The notes below the pieces were generated by a model, which did no database searches, was not told the origin of the DNA, and worked only from the letters and a program-made list of their open reading frames with translations. Below, in pieces: positions 11,435-22,852 of a stretch of 32,000 nucleotides of DNA. The DNA is from Wallemia ichthyophaga EXF-994. Its lineage: Eukaryota; Fungi; Basidiomycota. The stretch is from the NCBI RefSeq assembly GCF_000400465.1, contig NW_008806288.1:1-32000 (forward strand). Direction: 5' to 3'. The position numbers and the translations under genes were made by a program. Position 1 is the stretch's first letter; each line of letters opens with the position of its first letter.

Positions 11435-13173
11435 TTAATCGTTCTTATCTGTCTTGCCCAGCAGCTCTTCTCTTTCACGCGCTTGTCTTTCAAATTCATC
11501 ACTCTTCTTGTGAGACTGAGACTGCTCATTATCTTCATCTTCGTCATCGATAGCAAACACCGTCTCTTCTGTATGATAGTCATCGTTAGTGTTTACGTTG
11601 GAGTAGCCTTGATTGTTCTGTGCTTGGTGGTTGTACCCTCTCTCTGCAATCTCGTACTCTTCAACATCCTCCTCATTAACTGAGACTTCCTCACTCAGTG
11701 CGAGTCTTGAGTGGTGTGACGACGGTTTCCACAAGAAGCTCAGACTGATCAACACTACGTAGTATAGTAGCGTCGTCCATCCATCAATCAAGAACCATCT
11801 AGACTTCCAGTTATTTGGCTCGTAGTTTTCTTCCAATCTGTTTGAGAAAGTGAATGTAGCAAATCCAAAGAAGAATATAATGATTACTTGTGCTGCTATC
11901 AGTATTCTATACACATTCTTATACATCTTCAATTTGAATTGCTGATTCTTAGATTCAAGCTGTTTGATGGTGAATTGAAGGGCGTAGATTGTCCATAACA
12001 ATCCAATTGATTGAGTCACAGCAAGTGGAATTATGATCAAGATGAGTGAGAATATTGAAGCATCTTCGAAACTTATTATAACAGTACCGATCGCGTTAAC
12101 TATGCCAAATAGAGCATGTGCCGATACTAATCCAATAATCTTTTGCATTAGTGATCTATCAAGTGATGGCTTCACGACCGCCCAACCCAGACTAACACTG
12201 AGAACCAATCCGAGCGAAGCGGCTGATCTCACAGCTGCAAGTGTCGCGCAAAGACATAGTAAGAATGTAGCAGTGCCGTTGTTGCCACTCTTATCGAGAT
12301 GCTTGTAGTATCCCCAATTAACAAGCATTTCAGCCACCAAGAAACCAATCAAACCGCTAATAAGATGCTGTACCATGAGCAATTGTCCACGGTGCTGATA
12401 GCACATGTAGCCCCATGCTAAGCCCGTAGCGATATAAACAAAAACCATCACGAGATAAAAAGTTAATTTTGGTATGTCAGCTGCAGGAAGCTCTGATTTT
12501 CTTTTATCGTTGAACGTCACTATTCCAGAGAAGGACGCATGGCTACTCGACTCATCTATCGCACTTAATCCTGATAGTGTGATGGGTATAGATCCGACAC
12601 AATAAAACCCAGGTCTAGGTACTTCGTAGACGAATGGACCCGTGTTAGCCGGGTAAAGTTCACGCTTCCCAACACCGCCAAGATCCTCGTCTGCGTCGCT
12701 ATCTGAGATGACAGTAGATTCACCAACTTGTATGTCTTTGAAACGAGCGGCTGTTGTCCAGATGGATGAATTCACGCCCTCTTTGAGAACGCTTTCGTCG
12801 ACAATGAATTTACCCAACTCGCTTTCGTCGCAAAGCTGGGATTGTAAGGCTGAGGTGGTACATACGTACGATTTTGCAATTATTGTAGGATCAGCATCAA
12901 GAGGATATTTTCCAAGTGCATTAACATCATTCCACTCCCAAATTCCTGTGAGATTGGTCGAATGAGATAGCCCAAACGCTGATACACAAACTCACCAACT
13001 GCAGCCTGACCTGAAGAAAACGGCTCAAAGGTTACGGATATTTCGGCGTTCTTGCTGTTCCAAATACCGCTACAGGCTTGTCTGAAGTCGTTAGCGTCGG
13101 ATATCGGAACAGAGTATGCAGAAGTGTAGGCGAGTAATAGAGTGAGTGGAGATAGAATACAGAGTATATTCAT
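11435..13173 (-). CDS. PTM1: PTM1-like / lung seven-transmembrane (GPR107/TMEM87-type) membrane protein
   Basis: Signal peptide MNILCILSPLTLLLAYTSA. Intron 12946-12995. Luminal domain IWEWNDVNALGK...PGFYCVG, then ELPAADIPKLTFY, LVLSVSLGWAVVKPSL, KLKMYK, WKSRWFLIDGW, LWKPS and an acidic tail. Confidence 0.85.
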
Positions 13174-13257
13174 TATGTGGAATCCCTTTGAATTGATTAT
13201 TTCACGCCTAAACTGCGCCAAATAACTTGGAAGTTCACAACGAAGCGATGCAATTCC

Positions 13258-13857
13258 ATGACATCTGAAGATATTTTAGAATCAAAGCTGAAGCAGATTG
13301 ACTCAAAGAATCTGACTGGTAAATCTCATCTTATATCGGAAGCACAAGTCCTCGGACAGAACCAAGACACGAAGAATCAGTCGATTGATATTTGGTATAG
13401 GCTAGCTCAGTCTAGCGCACCTGGCGAGGAAACCTATGTACAATCTATAAACGCTATAAGTCAGCTATACTTGCAGCTCGGCAAGTTTGATAGCTCACTA
13501 AGTGTAATTGAAGATTGTGAGAGCCTTTTTCCACCCTCAAACACCCCGCTAACACAATGGATAGCCTTGGAATACACGCACAATGATAAATGCCTCAGAC
13601 AGACTCAGTGCCTCGTCTTGGACAAGCTCGGTCGCCTCGAAGAAGCTGAGAAGATATCAGCCAAGTATGATTTGAGTCATGTAGACCAAGTCATCGGCGA
13701 GAGCATCACTCAGAAAGAGGAACATGATCGTGAAAAGGCCCTGATCGCATTGAAGAATACATCTAATCGCTTCTTGGGAATCTTTGGCCTCAATACAGAC
13801 ATGCTCAATATCAATCAAGGTGAAGATGGCAATTATAGGTTTAATATAAATAAATAA
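13258..13857 (+). CDS. TPR-containing protein with TTC1-like C-terminus
   Basis: Intronless 199 aa. TPR-like helices (AISQLYLQLGKFDSSL; LVLDKLGRLEEAEKI). C-terminal LKNTSNRFLGIFGLNTDMLNINQGEDGNYRFN resembles the TTC1 tail. Confidence 0.65.
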   Translation: MTSEDILESKLKQIDSKNLTGKSHLISEAQVLGQNQDTKNQSIDIWYRLAQSSAPGEETYVQSINAISQLYLQLGKFDSSLSVIEDCESLFPPSNTPLTQWIALEYTHNDKCLRQTQCLVLDKLGRLEEAEKISAKYDLSHVDQVIGESITQKEEHDREKALIALKNTSNRFLGIFGLNTDMLNINQGEDGNYRFNINK

Positions 13858-14204
13858 ACCAGAATACTACAAAAATGTATTATTACAAATATCAGAATAT
13901 AATTTATTACAGGATTTCGTGTTGAAAATGAAAATTGACATTGCATGTAACTATAACTGAGTGAGCAGAAGTGAAATACTCGAGACATTGGTCGAAATAT
14001 TGAGGAAACGCTAAGTATGGTTGAGATGAGATTGTAAGACCAAAACCCCCCTTGAGAAGCGGACGATGATCAGATTGAAAGATAAAAACAAAGCTGAAAA
14101 ATAAAAGCCGTGAAAGTTTGAAGACATCGATGAGTGTCATGCAGACCATGGTCTGTTTGGAAACCATCCGAAGAATATGAAAGAGATTGAGTATTATTCA
14201 TTAT

Positions 14205-16055
14205 TCATTTGTGTTGATTTAGCGGGTCGCTCCGACATAGCGGATTTATTTGTTCTGAAAGATCGAAATCAAGATCGACCATCTCCAGATCGATATACCT
14301 AGTACACATGTCTACAAATCTTGCCTCTTTTTCTTGAACTGACAGATTTGCAGAATGCTCGCTCAGGATATGAGCATGTTCCATAGCGGGTTGGTAGCAA
14401 TCTAACGCTATCTGCAAATACTTGCAAACAACGTTCGTGGGGCAATCCGAAAGAAGAACTGGATTGACAAGAGTTTGTTGTTTATTCATATCTAGAATAA
14501 GCTGTGGATTTATAGAAAAGTTGGCATTCTCAGAAACATTGTTGACAATATCCTGTAATGTCGTATGTTCATTGATTTTCTCTTTTGTGATTCTCGAGTT
14601 TTCCATCGCCAATGTGTGGAAGCTCTGTTTGACTAATTCTTCTCTGCGATTTGGCTGTTGAGGTTGATGGTGCTGCTGAGGTTGCTGATTTTGCTGAGGT
14701 TGCAACTGTTGCAACTGTTTAAATTGTACAGGCTGTAGAGGTTGACCAATTCGATTGATAGCCTCTCCAAAACGTACGCGATGCTGACTGTGGGAAGTCG
14801 AAGTCGAAGCCATAGTCGAAGCCATAAGCGCACATTGTTGAGTAGGAGCATGTTGCACGGGATCTTGTACACCTTGCACTCTCTGCCTACCCCGAGCAGC
14901 ACAAGCAACTTGATTATGCTGCCCCAAATTTGAAAAGTGGCCCAAGGTTTTAATGAACCTCTTGTATTCGAGCTCCTTCTGAGGAGAAGCCTGTATATTA
15001 TGCTGGTTAGCGTTCGCAAACTCCGATAAAGCAGAGTCGTAAGCGAAGTCGTTCTGCCCTTTTTGGTCGTGCGAAAAGTTGGCTGTTCGTTTGCTTCTTT
15101 GTAGAGCTCTTTGCGTAGCGTAAAAGTTCTCGTCGCTGTGTATAAACGTGACATCCGAAGTAGGGCCACGATGCCTATCGCTTGTCGAAGGTGCGCTACG
15201 AATCGTTGGCTTGGCTTGTGTGTCAGGTGAGGTTTTTCTTTTCTTTCCTCCTTTCATGCTGCTTGACTCATCTAGAGAGACACTGCGTTTCTTACTGTTG
15301 ATGTTGATGTTAGCACCTCTGCTTGCTGAGTCGGACGAAATTGAAGGTGTAGCATTCTACAGGCTAGCATTAGCTAGTATAAAACAACTAGAAACCTAAC
15401 TCACGTTTCCGCTGTATCTTGGAAGAGTATAGTACATACTTACTGGGTTTCTCTTCCCCTTGCTGCTTTGAGGTTTTGGCGGAATCTTACAACAGCCGGC
15501 ATGAGGCTAAACGCGGCAAGATAGGTGAGATTGGTGACAATAAAATACAGGCTACTCACGTTGCAGTATTTATCACACAGCTCTATCAGTTCTGCGTTGT
15601 TTATGTTGTATTGGTTTTTGAGTACTTGTGAGAGACCCTTCGTAACAAGTCAAGTTAGGTGAGTCGGCGTCGTCGGAAGGGCTACGTACAGAGTCCTGTG
15701 AGTGTGTGAGATGCCATTACCAAATATTCACACGTACTTACCCTCTTGATCACGAAACACCTTTTATGTTGGCAACAATATGTGACTCTGTGTGTGTTGA
15801 GGAGGCTGTAGCGGTGATTAGTCAGAGGACAATCCGAGCAAAGCGTGTCGAATCAACATACCCGTCAATAATACTTGTAAAGCTATTAAAATCGATGTTT
15901 GAGACTTCAGATGTCAGCTTATTCTGGAGAGGTGTCAGTTGTGAGTTGCTAGCTGTAAGTAAACGCACCATCATGCCGTTTGGATCAGACTTTAAAGTGG
16001 CCTTGATGTTTGTTACCAAGAAAGAGTAGCAGAGGTTCTTAGTAGACATAGACAT
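14205..16055 (-). CDS. Multi-exon protein with N-terminal PB1-like domain, Cys cluster and Q-rich region
   Basis: Exons 16055-15969, 15923-15862, 15805-15742, 15695-15690, 15637-15560, 15506-15444 (or to 15405) and 15356-14205. All are bounded by GT..AG, with consistent phases and 45-56 nt introns when the 15404 donor is used. A possible extra 44-nt intron near 14256-14299 would move the stop to 14194. Confidence 0.7.
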
Positions 16056-17485
16056 GGTCGTATAAGGGGAATGAGAGGATGAAGCGCGTTTGAATGTTCA
16101 GATATCGCGCCTGATGATTTAAGCCAAATTGAGCATGGGGCTGGAGAGTGAATAGTCGAACGCATCTTTGTTGTCTGGAATGATGCAAACCTACGGTAAG
16201 TGATTGAATTTGCCGCGTTTATTGGCAATGACCGTATATGGGCTTTGCTGAAGTACAATGTCTTAGTAGGCAGAGCTAACAGACAATTCGCTTATGCCAG
16301 CGTTGTAACCTCAGCCCCTCATAATTGTTGACTTACACTCACACGCCCAGCTATGAATGCGCAGCTGACACATTCCAAATCTTCGACTTGTGGAACGCTC
16401 ATAGAGGCTAAGGTTTACTCTTGAGCTTAAGCGCGTGAGTTCTAATCTACTATGCACAAGTTTGCCATATAGCCGTGAATGGTCTCGCAGTATCTGATGA
16501 CTTGCAGTAAGCGATGAAGTGTTTAGGATACTTAACTTGCGAGCAGCTCACCTAAACCCTGCAACCTCACAAAAGGCTTCGACTTTCAAGTTTCTGTATA
16601 GAATCGCATTCGACAGATAGTAAGATGATACTATGTTAAGATGACAGGATGCGACAATGCCACCACTAGGTGCCAAGAGGATAGCTAAGATCTGTAACGT
16701 TAAAGATAAAAGTGTCTGTGTTGAATTCATTTGCTGATAAGAAGCGTCGTCTATCAAAATTGATGTCATTTCGACAATGCGAAGACAACATCATATCCAC
16801 ATCCACAGCCACTGGCAAAAGAAAAGGAAAAAAAAAAGAGAAAGAGAAAATCAAGAGCATGAAAAAAGCTGCAATTTGACTTTCCAATGCCAAAATCAAG
16901 TCGAGAATCTCAGCTGAACACACCAAAAGGTGAGATCAGGTGAGATAACCGATTGGATTATTTAAGTTGATTTAAGTCAATAAAAGAATTATAAGTAAAT
17001 CCAAAGTAAAGTCAAGAAAATTCTGTCCACGTCTTCATATACTCATCAACGTTATCGCCTAGAGCAGAAAAGCTAATGATGTACAGACAAGTATCATGTC
17101 AAGTCTGCACACAAAGCATTAACGCACTTTCATCCAATCCTCTTTTTCATTTCAGTGATGCAGTGATGGTTGGTTTCACGAAGCGCATTTAGTTCGTTCG
17201 GCTGAAGTGAATATGTCAATATATGTAAGGCGGGAGGCGGTGTGCATGCCATGAGAATGAGAAAAATCTGCGCATTCTATTTATATACGTATTGTACGCC
17301 TTCCGTTAACAATGGAAGATGTATTTTACAAAATAAAATTGTCGTTACGATGATATATAGTGAAATAGTTAATTACGTTAATTGAGTGAAACGTGAGATT
17401 TGAAACAATTAAAGCAAGCGAGTGATTGTGTTACTTTCACTAATCGCTACTCGCTACTCGCGCTATGTTGGCTGAGTTGATCTGG

Positions 17486-19727
17486 TTAATCATCTGCCTC
17501 AATTGTGTATGTTTCGGCTGAGTTTTCGGTCTTGTTGCTATTGATGATGGTGATGCTGTTTTCGTTGTCGTTATCGCCGTCGTAGCCATCGTTGTCTCCC
17601 TCTCCACCTTCATCCGCGCTACCATCTTCAAAAGGATCGTGTGCATTAAGAGCAGCAAAACGCGTCTGGGCAGCGCACCAGATACTGACTTGCATATCCC
17701 TGCTGCTGCTGCTACCATTGTCTTTACCATTGTCGATGCTAAGGTAAGACACAGGGACGTAATTGTCATCGTACCCAAACCCAGATTCAAACTCAAACGC
17801 TAATGCATCCCCGAAGCCACTGAAACTCCCGCCATTATTCTCCTTGAAGGGGAGGAGGTGTGTGTAGATCATAAGGAGGGTGTTGTAAGCGTGGTAGAGG
17901 AGGCCGCCCCAATGAATATCCGGAGAGGTGCTGAGCAGATGTACAGACTTAGCGAGAAGGGCGAAAACTCCACCCAAGTCTACATCCACATCCCCCTTCT
18001 CAAGAGGCATCTCGTAAGGAGACGCACCGACTGCGCGCAGCACCCGCACAAGGTCCTCGAGATGTTTGCGCGTCAGGGTGATGCACGGATGGGAGAGCGA
18101 GCCAATAGCCATGATTTCACCAATGCTCACACTCACTCTGTGGCGAAGTGGGAATTGGAGTGGGAGTGTTAGCGCGTGGTCACTCACCTCACCCACATCC
18201 ACATCCAGATACAGCCACACAAGGTGATGGCAGTGCTCATCTACATCCATATACTCATACGCCGTGCCGAGCGAATCGAGCAGGACGACCACGCGCGTGA
18301 ACGGATAGAGGTGGTTGTGCAGCTGGGTGAGGGTGTCTAAGGAGAAAATGTCCGCGGGCGAGCGCGTGCGCGTGTGCTTGTGCATCCTGTGCGTTCTGTG
18401 CGTCTTAAGTGCGACGCTCAGTGCGGCTATGTCTGTCTTGCTTTTGCATTTACTTGTGAAGGAGGATGTTGATACTTGGTCGCACAGCGTCAGCGACTTG
18501 CGTAAAAGCCGTTTGACAGTGATGATGAGGCGAATTTCTTGTCGAATCTCCGCGGCCACCTCGCGCACACGAGGCACGTCGACGACGAGATCGGTGTGGT
18601 TGCTGTGTATGCTATGCTCGGAGTGCTTAACATGCCATCCATCTTCTAACACCATGGCTGCATGCAGACGGTCGATGAGAATGGCTGTGTGGTGGTCGTT
18701 TGCGTCGCATAAAAGAGTTTCTACGATGTGGCTTCGTGTGTGTTCCTGATGCATACCCGCATGGACACCTACATCCACCCTATACAAACCCTCTGAATAC
18801 CCCCACTGCGGCTGCAGCTGGGTGAAGGCGTGCCACTTGCCAATAGCAAGACATTCATCGGGGAGTGCAAAGAAAAGTTTGGCGAATGGGTGTGATCGCT
18901 CGCCCATGCCATTACGTTCGCAGTACGAGACTCTCTGAAAAGGCCAGCCAGTCAGCACATCGTCTTCACCACGCAAAAGCCCACTCACTATAAAATAGCG
19001 GCTACAGAGGGAGACGAAGAGGGAGAAGGGGGTGGGAGTATGTGGGGTGTGGGTGCTGTTGTTGTTACTGATGTTGTTGCTATTATTGTTATTATTGTTG
19101 TCGCTGAAATTACTAATGTTATTGCCGTAGACATCTCTACTAAAATGAGTGTCACTCGCAGTATAACGGTGACATAACAGGGTATCCAAATTATCTTGAA
19201 GGAGCTGGTCGAGTAGCTAGAGGCAATTTCAGCAGAGTGGTTTAGTGGCTAGCGTTATAGCATTCAGCGCATTATACACTCACCTGCGTCTGAATAAGTG
19301 TGTCAGTGGTGTCTTGCTTTCTGAGCAAGCGGTACATCTTGAATGTAGAACCCCCTTCTGAGGTCGCAGCAGAGCTGTGTGTCTGGACAGTGTTCGAGAA
19401 GGCTGCTTTCATTTAATTCCAATGAGATGGTTCGTCAACACACAACAACGTCCACCCACCACAGAAGCAGTTCGAGAAAGGCGTTGGTCTGGTCATGTCA
19501 TGTGTAGGTGTTATTGTCGCATTTTGGCTGTGTGGCAGAACACCTACCGGCGGTAATAGATGGGGTGTGGCCGTGGCCTTGCCGTTTGTCGTGGCACTGG
19601 TATTGGCAGTACTTGCAGCACTTACAGTAGCCCTGTCATTAGCGTGCATTGGTTGCTCTGGCATCGTGGTGGCAGTGTGAGTCAAACTGTGCTTGTCGCG
19701 CCGGCCAAACCTAGAGCGTTTTTCCAT
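17486..19727 (-). CDS. Hypothetical protein, ~705 aa, no family recognised
   Basis: Exons 19727-19460, 19402-19284 and 19216-17486 (introns 57 and 67 nt, phases 1 and 0 consistent). This joins the 19413 and 17486 ORFs. Contains a poly-Asn tract and an acidic tail. Confidence 0.75.
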
Positions 19728-19876
19728 ATCGGGACGTTGGTGAAAATTTGTACGACAAGAACTGACTATATAGAGAATGATGATAGGAATGCATGCAGAT
19801 GGTAAAATAGTAGATAGCCGATAACAAAAAGCCATTTCGGTGACCTACTGCCATCACCCAACACCCAATACCCATC

Positions 19877-21229
19877 TCAGATCTCCGTCCAGCCTTCACC
19901 CACATCGACACCGCCAAACATACCCAAGACGAACACCATGGAGCTAGCGCTCAATCCCAAGCCGAAGCCTCTAAAGAGACTCTTAAAGCCGCTCCATCTG
20001 CTGCCACTACTATCGCTGCACTCCTCAGTGACAATGCGATAAACGCACTCCACCATACCTGCAGCGGGGCTGGGACGGGTATCGATGCAAGGCGTGAGTT
20101 GCCCAGGCTGTTGTGCCCTAACGAGGCTCCTATCCTGCGTCTGCAGACGCCGCCTGACAGTCTCGAGGGGGAGGGTAAGCGTCATAGTAGCGACGCTCCA
20201 CAGCAGCTCGCAGACGGCATACGTGGCGGGTCGACTATCCACACTCACGCCGAGCAGCCTCTCCACTACGAGCGGAGCGCACAGTTGGAGGAGTGACTTG
20301 AAGGACGACTCTACGATAGTGGGCAGGAGCAGGTTGGGGTGCGTCCACATTACCTGCCAGCCACCCTCGCGGTTTGCAATCTTGCGCAGTGCGTCGATGG
20401 GTCCGCTGTAAGCACGTCGGCATGTGCCGGCGGAGGTGGAGGACGTGGATTGGACAATCATCCTCGTTCGCACCAAATCGAGCGGAGAGAGGGTGACGGC
20501 AGTGAGAGTGTGGGCCAGGACATGCACTCCGAGTGGCTTGAGGGGGCTGGGTAGCTGGTGGATGGGGAGGAAGGAGAGTGTGTTTGAGGGAAGGAATATG
20601 GTGGAGAGGGCGGAGAGAAAGAGTGGCTGGAGGGTAGAGAAGGATATGTCGAATATGGATGACGTCAGAGTGCCCTTCCAAAGCCCAGAAAGACCTTCGT
20701 GAGATTTGGACACAGCGCGCATCATACGCCAGACGCCGCCATCTGCTTGTAGGGGGACAAGATAGGAGGGGCGCTGAGCAAGATAACCATCTTTGTCTTT
20801 TGGGATGTGTTTTTTAGGTTTCAAAGGAGCTTTTGGGGCGTCTTCTTCGAAACGGAAGTAGTTTGAGTGGGAGTTGAGGTCATCGGGGTCACTGGGGTCA
20901 TCGAGGTCATCGAGGTCATCGTCGTCGTCGTTTTGATCGGCATTAAGATCGCTGCTATAATAAGGACCGATTTTGAGCCTTGGGTTGTACTGAACCTGCA
21001 AGAGGACCTTACCCACTTCAAAGGGCATACTAAGAGAAGTAGCACCGAATTGAAGGAGACTGGCAGCTATAAGCTGTTTTACAGTGGTGCTGGCTTCAGA
21101 AATGTGTGAAGATGAATTTGAGTGGACAACATTGGCAGATGAATTGGGGAAGCGTGTGGGGATATCAGAGAAGGTCCAGCCGTTGGGCTGATTGGAGATG
21201 TAAGTTGAGCGGAGAGATTCTTTGGGCAT
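19877..21229 (-). CDS. UGO1: Mitochondrial outer-membrane fusion protein, carrier-like fold (Ugo1/SLC25A46 type)
   Basis: Intronless 450 aa. Carrier signatures SMPFEVGKVLLQVQ, LSPLDLVRTRMIVQ and LPLETVRRRLQTQ; acidic loop after the first signature; EGLSGLWKG. Confidence 0.8.
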   Translation of the reverse strand: MPKESLRSTYISNQPNGWTFSDIPTRFPNSSANVVHSNSSSHISEASTTVKQLIAASLLQFGATSLSMPFEVGKVLLQVQYNPRLKIGPYYSSDLNADQNDDDDDLDDLDDPSDPDDLNSHSNYFRFEEDAPKAPLKPKKHIPKDKDGYLAQRPSYLVPLQADGGVWRMMRAVSKSHEGLSGLWKGTLTSSIFDISFSTLQPLFLSALSTIFLPSNTLSFLPIHQLPSPLKPLGVHVLAHTLTAVTLSPLDLVRTRMIVQSTSSTSAGTCRRAYSGPIDALRKIANREGGWQVMWTHPNLLLPTIVESSFKSLLQLCAPLVVERLLGVSVDSRPATYAVCELLWSVATMTLTLPLETVRRRLQTQDRSLVRAQQPGQLTPCIDTRPSPAAGMVECVYRIVTEECSDSSGSRWSGFKSLFRGFGLGLSASSMVFVLGMFGGVDVGEGWTEI

Positions 21230-21323
21230 TTAGTGGGATTTAGGGGGTTTAGGGGGATTTAAAGTTGGTTGTTATAAAGGATAATACAATGTAGATAAAT
21301 ACAAAAGGAATATTAAAATTAAA

Positions 21324-21749
21324 TTAAGTTGAGTGTGCGTGTGGGTGCTGCTGTGAGTGCTGTGGATGCTGTGGGTGTTGCTCGAATTTCTGTTTCAATG
21401 CGTTGATTATTTCTTGTCTATTTGAACTGGATGACTCTTCGTCGAGGCTGGCAGGTGGACTGGCTGGCGTGTATTTATGGGATGGTGAGATAGGCGGGGA
21501 GTGTGGGTGTTGCTGGGTTTGCTGTGGGTGTTGTGTGTTTTGGGCGTGTTGAGCATGTTGATGCGATGGATGATGCTGCTGCAACTCCCACTGCCATCTC
21601 ATAGCTCTCGAATACTCCATTCTTGCATTCAAAACACCCAAATTATACTCATCCTCGGCTTTCTTTGCGTTGAGTATCGTGATCAGCAGCTGAGTATCCC
21701 CACACTGCTGTTGATTAAACGTCGAGAGCAATTCTGATACAGAAACCAT
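21324..21749 (-). CDS. Small hypothetical Q/H/P-rich protein
   Basis: Open frame with a helical core (TQLLITILNAKKAEDEYNLGVLNARMEYSRA) followed by QH repeats. ATG 21749 preferred; ATG 21782 is also in frame. Confidence 0.6.
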   Translation of the reverse strand: MVSVSELLSTFNQQQCGDTQLLITILNAKKAEDEYNLGVLNARMEYSRAMRWQWELQQHHPSHQHAQHAQNTQHPQQTQQHPHSPPISPSHKYTPASPPASLDEESSSSNRQEIINALKQKFEQHPQHPQHSQQHPHAHST

Positions 21750-22285
21750 GACAAGTGTGATGAACGTGATGACTGTAAGCATTCCACCATTCCATTACTA
21801 CCTCAGATCCACTCCTTTTTTCTACTTGGAATTCTGTTCTTTATTTATATCTTGGCGAGATTGGCAGTGTTTTCTTTAAATTTGAGAGTGGTGCTAGTAA
21901 ATTACTAGTGGTCTACAAGTAATTTACTAATACCATTCTTTGTCAGATCCTACTATCTCCACCTACTATCACTCTACCCACACACACTCACTCTCTATAA
22001 ATATCCGCCAAGTCGATTCTAATTTTATATCATATTCCATGTTCGAAGGTGATTTGGTGCGTCTAGGCTAGTCATTACACCTTCAATCACTTCAATCAAC
22101 CTTCCCACTCCCATTTCCTTCAATTCCTCACCCTCAAATTTTCATCTTTCTCGTCTACTAAGCTTTCTATACCTATCACTTGACTTACAAAGCCACATAA
22201 TCCACCTATCACACACCAACACTTAAAAACACTCACATCTGTCCGACTGATGGGAATGTATTGAAATGAATGTGATCAAGTGATT

Positions 22286-22330
22286 GATACACTTGATATA
22301 CTTGATACGCTTGAAATCCATGATATACTT
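22286..22330 (+). repeat. Five imperfect 9-bp tandem repeats upstream of the ABM gene
   Basis: gatacactt / gatatactt / gatacgctt / gaaatccat / gatatactt. Confidence 0.8.
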
Positions 22331-22444
22331 GCAATAATTCAAGTACTTCTGTGCTACTCCCTCCCAACCCGCTTACCAGCGTTGCTTACCGAGATTGCTT
22401 ACTCAACCACCTTCACTCGCCTACACACACAAACACACAACAAG

Positions 22445-22852
22445 ATGCCGTCAATGGGAGAACTCGCAGCACCTGTCATGCCATCAGTGCAGGCAAAGTT
22501 GGCAGAAATTACCGGTCCATTCAATGTAGTAGCCAAGGTGACTTCTGAGCCAGAACATGCAGACGACGTAGCCAAATTAATCAAAGACGTCGCCGTACTC
22601 GCTAATAGCGATGAAGAAGAGGGTACTTTAACGTGAGTGAGGCGTTATATCGTTGCAATGCTCTCACACCACTCTATCCCCAGCTACCGCATCTCCCGCG
22701 GCGTCAAAGAATCGTCCAACACTTTCATCGTTTATGAGGAGTACAATGCTCCAGCTGCTCTCACTGCCCACCTCCACTCCACACCCTTCCAAGCACTGAG
22801 CAACTACCCACACTTGCTCCACGCTGAGATGGATATCTACAGCGAGTTCTAA
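22445..22852 (+). CDS. Antibiotic biosynthesis monooxygenase (ABM, dimeric alpha-beta barrel) domain protein
   Basis: Intron 22633-22683 gives FNVVAKVTSEPEHADDVAKLI...EEGTLTYRISRG...NTFIVYEEYNAPAALTAHLHSTPF, a YgiN/LsrG-like pattern. Confidence 0.85.

Noticed and set aside
13907-14167. 86-aa minus ORF downstream of the PB1-like gene
   Set aside because: It starts at an internal ATG in probable 3' UTR, I found no convincing splice link to the upstream exon, and it has no recognisable motif.
17151-17206. C/D-box snoRNA-like segment (TTCAG-TGATG...CTGA-A with terminal stem)
   Set aside because: The C box is imperfect, the segment is short, and I could not match the guide to an rRNA sequence. 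It needs a snoscan or Infernal search.
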